A DNA stretch of 64,000 bases from a virus: IMG/VR virus record IMGVR_UViG_3300036832_000803, positions 5,727 through 69,726 of that record, one strand, 5' to 3'. The translations under genes were made by a program, and so were the position numbers. The notes beneath the pieces were generated by a model. It was not told where the DNA came from. It searched no databases and saw only the letters and a list, made by a program, of their open reading frames with translations. Below, one piece after another: positions 57,163-64,000 of this stretch (positions are counted from its first letter, which is position 1; every line of letters begins with the position of its first letter).

Positions 57163-58456
57163 TTAAGCTAGGGGCTCGGTTGATCGCCAGTAGTGCATCA
57201 CCTTGAGGCCCGGCGGATTGGCGAAGGTCCGAAGGTGGGAGATCACGAGCCCGCGCGCGACGAGACCGTCGAGCGTGGCCTGGGTCACGCCGCGCGCTTC
57301 GAGCGCTGGGCCGGTGGCGCCGGTGCTACAGGTTGCCAGGAGCGCAAGGGCCTTGCGCTCCGCAGCCGTCAGTTTTTGATTGTTGGTCATTGTTTCGGGA
57401 TCGCCAGCAGCGTCTTGACCCAGCCGAGATCGTTCATCGCGTCATTCAGTTTTTGAATGTACGGAAGCAACGACCCATAGGAGGCGCAAAACTTAAGTGG
57501 TCCGGCCGCATTAAGTTCCTCTTTGACTTCGCTCGTAACCTCTGCGCCGATCTTGTGGCGTTCGTCTTCGGGGATTTCCTTTACAAGGACGTTCAACAAA
57601 TCGAGGTTATCGACGGCCAAACCATCGCGCTTCCCAACGAACGGGACATCGCAAAAATGCGAGGCGATCATGGCCTTGGTTAGGACTTTCGAGAACGATG
57701 GCAGCTGCTCCCGAATTCCAGGCCATGCGGCGGATGACGTAAGGGCAGAGGGCAGTTCGGCGTGTGCCGGGAGTGACGCGCAGAGCGCGATTGTCGCGGC
57801 GATTAAGGTCTTTCTCATTTTGGTGAACTCCGTTTGGTTGTTCGCCGCTTTGCAGGCGGCGTGATGCTGGATGCATCAATGCTGCGGCCCGCGGGCCGCA
57901 GTGTTTGATGGATCGGCTTTTACAGAACGAAGCGATCTTCACTGGCCTCGCGGTTCATTGGGCGATTCCTTTCCGGTAGCTCACGACCAGATCGAAGGTC
58001 GCGGCGTTGAAGACCTGATAGGTGATGGCGGGACATTGCGTGCTGCGCCATTGCGCGATGTCGCGGGCCAGGGCTTCGTCATAGACGAGCGCGAGCCCTT
58101 GCGACTTGGCTGTGCCGCCGATCGCGGAATACGCGACGATGGAAAAGAGTTGGTTGATAGGTTCGTGGTCGTTTGGCATTGGTGACTCCGTTTGGTTGGC
58201 CGCTTTGCAGGCGGCGCGGTTATCTCAATCTTTCGTCGCCGTACTTTTCGAACAACGCCGCACGTTCCTTATCCTCTTCGGATAGGGCGGTGTCATCGGG
58301 CCAGTCGTCCATCGCGTCGATACGACCGACGGCCTCTTTCAATTCGTTGAATGAGGCAGTGGCGCCGTCAGGATCGCCGCTCGCGAGCGCGTCGCGGACG
58401 TTGCGAACGCCACGCTCGATTTCGTCGAGCAAAGCGTCCAGGTCGGTGTGGTTCAT
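57163..58456 (-). other. Four small genes (57163-57390; 57387-57818 with signal peptide; 57955-58179; 58220-58456)
   Basis: Three start directly after the repeat element; 57818 begins MRKTLIAATIALCASLPAHA. Confidence 0.7.
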
Positions 58457-58514
58457 GGTGACTCCTTGTGTTTGATTGGTGAGCCGGATGGCCCGTAGGC
58501 CACCCGGTAGGTTT

Positions 58515-60020
58515 TTAGTGGGCGCCAACGTCGATCCCAGGCGCTCCCCACGGCGCGGTCGCGATCAGCGAGCGCACCGCTTCGGGATAGCCGGTCACGG
58601 CGAACAGCACGGGGCAATGCGGCTCCGGGCCGGGGTCGCCGATGTAGAGATCGGTGAAGCACACGATCAGCGACGCGTCGTCGTGCTCTTCGGCAACGTA
58701 ACGGAAGAGCGGGCGAAGGTCGGTCCCGCCGCCGCCGCGCGGATCGAAGGTGATCTCGTCGCCGGTGCGGTACGTGTCGACCCGGGTGACCCGAGTGTCG
58801 CCGTAGACCGCAACGACTTCGTCGACCACGCCGTCATCGAGCGCGGCCTGGGCTTCGGTCGCGATCAGGCGCAGCGCGACCTCGTCCATCGAGCCGCTGG
58901 TGTCGATCAGGAACATCGCCTTGTTGACGCCGTCGCGTTGCGAGCCCGGGAGGATCAAGCCTTGCCCGATAAACCGACGATTGGGCCGGTTCCAAGTTTC
59001 GGTTCGCAGCGCGCCCTGGTCGAACCATGCCCGCAACACTTCGCGCCAGTCTTGCGTCGGATTGTTCGATCGCTCGATCTCGCGCGTAATGTGGCCGGGC
59101 AACTGTCCGACCGCCTTCGCGATCGAAGCCGCCTGACGCACGACCCGGTCCCACGTGCTATCGATGTCCGAAAGGTCGGCGGTGTCGTCGGCGGCGTCCA
59201 GCACTTCGCCGCAGCGGCCGGGGTCGTTGGATTGCTGCGGGCCGTTGCCTTCGCCGTCGGGTTCGCCATCGGCATCGGCGCCGCGACCGGGCTCGTCGCC
59301 GCCTTCGTCGCCGTCGCCAGCTTGGCCGCCGGGCTGGTCGCCGGCTTCGCCTTCGTCGCCGTCGTCAGCGTTCGAGCCTGACGTTTCGTCGCCGTCGTCG
59401 GCTTCGTCGCCTTCGCCGTCGCCAGGATTGCCCTGGTCGTCGGCGTCGTCGCCTTCGCCCTGGTCGCCTTTGCCTTCGGCGTCGTCGGCTTCGTCGCCCG
59501 CGTCCTGGTCGTCGGCGTCGTCGCCGTCCGAGCCCGACGATTGTTCGTCGTCTGACTCGTCGTCGCCCTCTTGCGGTTGCGGCGGTTGCGGCTGCGGCTG
59601 CTGGTCAAGCTCGCGGCTCCGGTAGATGTCTTCGGCGGACATCCCGCGGTATTTTTCGTCGAGTAAGACCCATGGCGGAAGATCGAAACCCTCGTCGCGA
59701 AGGTCGACGTTGATCGCGTAGTCGCAAGCCTCGTTCCACTTTTCAGGATCGCGGCCCCGCCGCCGCGTCGAGTGGTGCCGCGCGTCGTGCTCGCTTTCGT
59801 GGGCCTGCACCGCGAGCAGCTGCATCTGAGTCAGCGTCGCGATGAAGTCCGGATTGTAGAAGTGGCGCTTTGAGTCGGTCGCCATCGTCTGTACCTTGCG
59901 CGACGGCACGGGCTCGACGTTCGAAACCAGCACGCCATAAAAGCGGCGCGCCATGATCAACTCGGCGCGCGCCTTCAGCACGCGCTCGGTCGCGGTGCGG
60001 GTGACTTGGTCGGTTTCCAT
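58515..60020 (-). CDS. DUF2201-type metallopeptidase + VWA protein
   Basis: TMATD, HESEH (HExxH), WN.ACDYAIN, acidic linker, IDTSGSM MIDAS, GGGGTD, FTD. Confidence 0.9.
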   Translation of the reverse strand: METDQVTRTATERVLKARAELIMARRFYGVLVSNVEPVPSRKVQTMATDSKRHFYNPDFIATLTQMQLLAVQAHESEHDARHHSTRRRGRDPEKWNEACDYAINVDLRDEGFDLPPWVLLDEKYRGMSAEDIYRSRELDQQPQPQPPQPQEGDDESDDEQSSGSDGDDADDQDAGDEADDAEGKGDQGEGDDADDQGNPGDGEGDEADDGDETSGSNADDGDEGEAGDQPGGQAGDGDEGGDEPGRGADADGEPDGEGNGPQQSNDPGRCGEVLDAADDTADLSDIDSTWDRVVRQAASIAKAVGQLPGHITREIERSNNPTQDWREVLRAWFDQGALRTETWNRPNRRFIGQGLILPGSQRDGVNKAMFLIDTSGSMDEVALRLIATEAQAALDDGVVDEVVAVYGDTRVTRVDTYRTGDEITFDPRGGGGTDLRPLFRYVAEEHDDASLIVCFTDLYIGDPGPEPHCPVLFAVTGYPEAVRSLIATAPWGAPGIDVGAH

Positions 60021-60076
60021 TGTGGTGACTCCGTTTGTTTGAAGGGAAGCCCCGGCGTTTGCAGCGCCGGGTTAGG

Positions 60077-60979
60077 TCAGGCCAGAAATTTCGAAACCGT
60101 GGCCACGATCTCGTCGGCGCTTTTCTGCACCGACTCGCGCGCGGCATCGTTCTTACGAAGATCGGCCGCGTCTTCGGCGCACAACTCTTTCTGAATGCGC
60201 TTGATGACCGCAGCGAGTTTCGGGTCTTCGGTCAGGTTGAAGGCCGGTAACAGGCCCACGAGATCGCGGACGTTGTCGATCAGCGAGTCGAGGAAGAAAC
60301 TGCGCTTGCCCTTGCCCTTGGCGCCCGCGTTGTATTCCTTCAGCTTCGTGCCGACGTGTCCCACGACTTCGATGATCTGCTCGGCGGTGTGGCGCATGGC
60401 GTCGTCGACCACGCGAGACGACGTTTCCGCGATCTCGCGCCGGATGTCGTCGACCGTGTCGTCGTCAAGATCGGAGCGAAAGTCGGCCGCGTCAGGAAAC
60501 GGCATGATGCTCATTTCGAGCTTGAATTTCGCGCGGATTTCCGAAACGTCCGGATAGTCGGACGAGTCGAACATTCCGTTGAGCGCGCGCTTGCGCTCTT
60601 CGACGAAGCGCGGATAGCCGGCCGCGAATTCGTTTGCGGCCTGCTCAAACTCGCGCTTGAGCTTGCGGAACTCGTCGGAGAATTTGACGAACAACGCGTT
60701 GGGCAGGATGCGCGGGCCTTCGTCGGCCCACGGGCGCGTCATGCTGTAGTGCAGCGTCCGCGCGGTGGAAACGAGCGTGTTGATCTTGGCCAGTCGCTCG
60801 GCTTCGATCAGGAGCTTGTTGTAGCGGCCGGCGTTGTCGGCGGCGCCGTGCTTGCGGTTGACTTCGTCGGTCACACGCTTGTCGAGCTTGCGCGCGGTCC
60901 ACTGCGAGATGTTGACCGAGACCAGCACGGCCTTGCGGGCGAGCGGCGTGGCGATGTTCTTCGTTTTCGTCTTTGTCAT
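60077..60979 (-). CDS. DUF3150-like protein
   Basis: LVSVNISQW.ARKLD, K.LI, PW...G.RILP, DYP...IR.KF, FNLT.DP.L; between the AAA and VWA genes. Confidence 0.65.
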   Translation of the reverse strand: MTKTKTKNIATPLARKAVLVSVNISQWTARKLDKRVTDEVNRKHGAADNAGRYNKLLIEAERLAKINTLVSTARTLHYSMTRPWADEGPRILPNALFVKFSDEFRKLKREFEQAANEFAAGYPRFVEERKRALNGMFDSSDYPDVSEIRAKFKLEMSIMPFPDAADFRSDLDDDTVDDIRREIAETSSRVVDDAMRHTAEQIIEVVGHVGTKLKEYNAGAKGKGKRSFFLDSLIDNVRDLVGLLPAFNLTEDPKLAAVIKRIQKELCAEDAADLRKNDAARESVQKSADEIVATVSKFLA

Positions 60980-61091
60980 GGGTGACTCCGTTTGGTTTGA
61001 TTGGAGGGGGCGGCGCCGATTTGCAGGCGGCGGCCTTGTGTTCGACCATGAACACTATCGGACGGCGCGAACCGCGCGCCGCCCTGAGTGC

Positions 61092-62114
61092 TCACGACAT
61101 CTGCAAGATGATGTCCTGATTTTCGACCGCCCATGCGCCATAGGCCGTCGTCTCTTTCAGCTTCTCGTCGCGCGTGGTGGCATCGTGAACCACCAGCACT
61201 TCGCTTTCACGCGGCAGGCGCTTTGCATACTTGATGATGTTCGGAAGTGTCTTGCGGGTCGCCATCCGTCCGAGCCCGGTGCAAACCGCGTACCGGGAAG
61301 ATGCATCGGTCGGCAACGGCGCGGTCGCAGGGCTCGCGATGATGTCGTCGAGCGATCCCAGGTTCCGGTAAAGCTCGATGAAGCCATCAAGCTCCGCGGC
61401 CGGCGCGTCGCCGATATGCGATGCGAACAGCCGCAGGCGTTGCGTCTTCGGCGCGTTGACGTACTTGGCGGCCTTGGTGAGCGACCGCGGCGTCGGAAAG
61501 GCGTTCTCGTCGCCCTTCGGCATGACGTGAATTAGCTCACGTCGAAGCCGCACGAAGGCGACAACCTCGGGCGCGACATTGCTGCGGTTCGCCCAGGCAC
61601 ACCACGCGTTGACATCGGGCGTGATGAAGAGATGGGCGAACCGATTGCGCAACGCGGTCGGCATGCGTTGCGCCGCGGCTCGATCGGAAACGCGATTGCC
61701 GGCGGCGACGATGACCCAGCCGTCGGGCAACGTGTACTCGCCCACGCGCCGATCGAGCACAAGGCCGAACAGCACCGCCATCATTTGCGGGCTCGCCGTG
61801 TTGATCTCGTCGAGGAAGAGAATGCCGCGCTCGCCGTCGCGTTCAGCGTTCGGCAATTCGTCGGGGATAAGCCATCGCGTCGTGCCCTTGGCGAGATCGG
61901 GCACCGGGATGCCGCGAACGTCGACGGGCTCGCGAATGTTGGCGCGATACTCGATGACCTTCCAGCCGCGGCCGGCGCCGACTTGCCATGTGGCTTCCGA
62001 TTTGCCGATGCCGGGCGGACCCCAAAGCATGACGGGGTCGCGCCCGTCGATAAGGATATTGAGAAGGCTGACCGCTTCGGCGATCGTGACGCATTGCTCA
62101 AGAATGGCAGACAT
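61092..62114 (-). CDS. MoxR-like AAA+ ATPase
   Basis: GPPGIGKS, LFLDEIN, AAGNR..D, ALRNRF, TPRS. Confidence 0.9.
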   Translation of the reverse strand: MSAILEQCVTIAEAVSLLNILIDGRDPVMLWGPPGIGKSEATWQVGAGRGWKVIEYRANIREPVDVRGIPVPDLAKGTTRWLIPDELPNAERDGERGILFLDEINTASPQMMAVLFGLVLDRRVGEYTLPDGWVIVAAGNRVSDRAAAQRMPTALRNRFAHLFITPDVNAWCAWANRSNVAPEVVAFVRLRRELIHVMPKGDENAFPTPRSLTKAAKYVNAPKTQRLRLFASHIGDAPAAELDGFIELYRNLGSLDDIIASPATAPLPTDASSRYAVCTGLGRMATRKTLPNIIKYAKRLPRESEVLVVHDATTRDEKLKETTAYGAWAVENQDIILQMS

Positions 62115-62155
62115 TGGGTGACTCCGTTTGTTTGATGCCGTTTGCAGCGGCGGGT

Positions 62156-62353
62156 TTAGATGACAGTCGGACGATCGTCGTCGTCCTGGTGATATGCAAA
62201 ACGGCCGACGACCGCGCCGTTCGTGTCGCTGATGGCACCAGATTGGTCGCCTTTCGCGACGCGGTCGGCGACATTGCGCAGGATCGTGAAGGCTTCGTTT
62301 GCGAAGTTGTCGACGAAGGCTTCGTTCTCGGTGTTGAATGTGACGGTGAACAT
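62156..62353 (-). CDS. Small hypothetical protein
   Basis: T.N.AF....E...ILR..A.....G.I.D.NG..VG motif; repeat copies on both sides. Confidence 0.7.
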   Translation of the reverse strand: MFTVTFNTENEAFVDNFANEAFTILRNVADRVAKGDQSGAISDTNGAVVGRFAYHQDDDDRPTVI

Positions 62354-62396
62354 TTAGTGACTCCGTTTGTTTGATGCCGTTTGCAGCGGGCGGGGT

Positions 62397-62618
62397 TTAG
62401 GTAACGTCGGGATATTCCGCATAGTCATCGTGGTCGGTTGCGTACCAAGCTCGCTTGGCCTCGACCGCGCGGCGCAGGAACTTTTGCGCTTCGAATAGTT
62501 CATCGAGCGCTTTCTGTCGGCTTTCGTCCGTGAACGAATGCGCCACGGACATTTCAGCGCACGCGATCGCGTTGTGCGCACTGTCGATGATGCGGTCGGC
62601 TTTGGTTCGAAAGTTCAT
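62397..62618 (-). CDS. Small hypothetical protein (first gene of the block)
   Basis: ACGGAGTCACC SD element before ATG 62618. Confidence 0.65.
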   Translation of the reverse strand: MNFRTKADRIIDSAHNAIACAEMSVAHSFTDESRQKALDELFEAQKFLRRAVEAKRAWYATDHDDYAEYPDVT

Positions 62619-62629
62619 GGGTCGGTGAC

Positions 62630-63090
62630 TCCGTGTTCTGGACCGCACCGCAAAGCGTCCGAAGGTCTGGCGATTGGTTGCGCGCCGTCGTTTGCCAAGA
62701 CGAGCAACAATCCAATCGGCCGCTTTGCGATGCGGTTTGATGCGAGATGCATCAATGACGCCGCCCGCGTGGGGCGGCGCTTTGATGTATTCAAATCTGA
62801 AAATTTGGTTGGGGCGCTTTGTCTGATGGCAATATGACCGCGCTAAGCAGTTCCCCGTTTCGTCATCGCCGCAATCGTCGCTTCCCACTTGAACCCCGCC
62901 ATCGTCCCCGCGATCGATTCGCGAGCGGCACCGGGCACAGGAGCTATTTTCCGCATGACGGTAATGGTGGCTGCGCCCGTGGGCCTCGCCGGTTGCCATG
63001 CGATTGGCGTTCCGCCGGAGGTTTGCCGTTCGACCAGGGGCTGCTTAGGTTCCGGAACCGCAGGTGGAACTAGCTACTGCTGCCACCGTC
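62630..63090 (-). ncRNA. Candidate structured leader RNA
   Basis: Long hairpins 62642-62736 and 62746-62790; 62955-62/63085-92 pairing; lies between promoter and first gene. Confidence 0.45.
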
Positions 63091-63093
63091 ATT

Positions 63094-63122
63094 AATATAG
63101 TGCCAAACTGGCACCTTTGCAA
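63094..63122 (-). promoter_or_regulatory. Promoter of the leftward block with palindromic operator
   Basis: TTGCAA-17-TATATT; GTGCCA-N3-TGGCAC (63100-63114) fills the spacer. Confidence 0.75.
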
Positions 63123-63173
63123 GTGTTTCTGGCGCATTATAAGTGGCGGAAATCATTGGCGTTTTTGCCGCTT

Positions 63174-63217
63174 TTGTCGTCGGCGCCCCTAGGCGTATAG
63201 AATCCGCGGTTAAAACC
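63174..63217 (+). promoter_or_regulatory. terS promoter with GGTTAAAACC operator
   Basis: TTGTCG-18-TAGAAT; palindrome at 63208-63217. Confidence 0.55.
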
Positions 63218-63280
63218 ATGCTTCCCGGACGCCCGTTTTTCGGCGCGCCAGGAAGCCCGCAAAACAGGAGCGAACCGAAA

Positions 63281-63778
63281 ATGAGCCCAGGCCCACGGCC
63301 GATCCCGACCCATCTCAAGGTGTTGCGCGGCAATCCAGGCAAGCGCGCCTTGCCGCAAAACGAGCCCGAGCCGACGCCGTTGCTGGAAGTCCCCGACGCG
63401 CCCGTCTTCCTGCAAGGGTACGCGCGCGTTGAATGGAATCGGATCGCTGAAGAGTTGGTGCGGCTCAATCTGTTGACGGTCGTCGATATCAATGTGCTGG
63501 CCGCATATTGCGTCGCGTATTCAAGATGGCGGACCGCGGAAGAGGCGCTCGTTGAAATGGCGCGGCGCGATCCCGTGCTCGCCGGTTTGATGTTGAGAGT
63601 CGGCAAGCACGGGACGCCGATGCAAAATCCACTGGTCGGCACCGCCGCCAGGGCTGCCGCAGACATGGTCAAATATGCCGCCGAATTTGGACTCACCCCC
63701 TCCGCCCGGGCACGCATTGCCGCCGGGCCTCTTGCCACTGCCAAAGCCAATAAGTTCACGGGACTCATCGCCCGTTAG
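63281..63778 (+). CDS. terS: Terminase small subunit, P27 family
   Basis: GPRP.PTHLKVLRGNPGKR, EW.R, YC..YSRW, QNP, EFGLTPSARARI; CAGGAG SD. Confidence 0.9.
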   Translation: MSPGPRPIPTHLKVLRGNPGKRALPQNEPEPTPLLEVPDAPVFLQGYARVEWNRIAEELVRLNLLTVVDINVLAAYCVAYSRWRTAEEALVEMARRDPVLAGLMLRVGKHGTPMQNPLVGTAARAAADMVKYAAEFGLTPSARARIAAGPLATAKANKFTGLIAR

Positions 63779-64000
63779 ACGCACCGCCTACGGGCGGAAG
63801 CGCGCGCGCGAAGTCATCGAATTCATCGAAGCACTGACGATTCCGAGCGGCGCCGGCGAAGGTCAACAGTTCAAGCTCGACAAGTGGGAAAAAGATTTCA
63901 TCCGCGACATCTACGAGCCGCATCGCAAGCTGCGGCGCGTGGTGCGGCGTGCGATCCTCTCGGTGGCGCGCAAGAACGGCAAGACCGCGCTGATCGCGGC
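63732..64000 (+). CDS. terL: Terminase large subunit (N-terminus only; start uncertain)
   Basis: VIEFIEAL..P.G...G..F.L..WE..FI..IY...RRAILSVARKNGKTAL Walker A; open to the window end. Confidence 0.85.
   Translation, partial: MPLPKPISSRDSSPVRRTAYGRKRAREVIEFIEALTIPSGAGEGQQFKLDKWEKDFIRDIYEPHRKLRRVVRRAILSVARKNGKTALIA

Larger units (their letters stand above)
54093..62640 (-). repeat. Dispersed start-associated repeat (CTGCAAA-loop hairpin + CAAAC(C)AAACGGAGTCACC)
   Basis: Copies at 54093-54130, 57116-57162, 57819-57861, 58180-58219, 58457-58514 (SD half only), 60021-60076, 60980-61035, 62115-62155, 62354-62396, 62619-62640 (SD half only); degenerate copies at 56543-56590 and 52046-52130. Confidence 0.9.

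Noticed and set aside
59170-59600. TCGTCGCC-type tandem repeats as a separate element
   Set aside because: They encode the Asp/Gly-rich linker of the VWA protein.
54093-62640. Repeats as a CRISPR array or integron attC cassettes
   Set aside because: Intervening sequences are whole genes of 0.2-1.5 kb or more; the repeats vary in stem sequence and include the SD; no cas genes, integron integrase or RYYYAAC/GTTRRRY ends were seen.
62820-62870. Hammerhead ribozyme in the leader
   Set aside because: CTGATG and GAAAC are on opposite strands and there is no CUGANGA core with flanking stems.
63109-63122. Sigma54 promoter (TGGCAC...TTGC)
   Set aside because: Spacing between TGGCAC and TTGC is too short; TGGCAC is one arm of the operator palindrome.

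Overview
The window is about 64 kb of a temperate tailed phage genome. The host is probably an alphaproteobacterium (Hyphomicrobiales-like), inferred from GcrA- and GapR-like genes and an attP matching the 3' half of tRNA-Gln(CUG). The attP is intact with phage genes on both sides, so this looks like the excised or virion form rather than a prophage. Order: Mu/SfV-like contractile baseplate and three collagen-like fibre genes (1-10.1 kb); two moron-like genes; a long leftward run of small accessory genes (11-24.6 kb); attP, integrase and excisionase; GcrA-like gene, an atypical tRNA-like RNA, RecT and YqaJ; cI/cro switch; GapR-like, RuvC-like, MT-A70 methyltransferase, primase-helicase and a candidate origin; late promoter, HNH and a possible cos region; HigBA; methyltransferase/ParB-like genes; lysis genes; a 12.5-kb leftward block (50.5-63.1 kb); then terS and the start of terL. 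Two features stand out. (1) The leftward block has its own operator-bearing promoters, a ~460-nt structured leader, and genes individually preceded by a repeated element: a hairpin with an invariant CUGCAAA loop on a co-varying stem, followed by CAAAC(C/-)AAACGGAGUCACC and the start codon. It encodes a MoxR-AAA / DUF3150-like / metallopeptidase-VWA trio, a radical SAM enzyme and a ParB. (2) A 106-nt tRNA-like gene has a roughly doubled anticodon arm and is followed by ~370 nt of structured non-coding sequence. All protein calls come from motif recognition by eye, not database searches.
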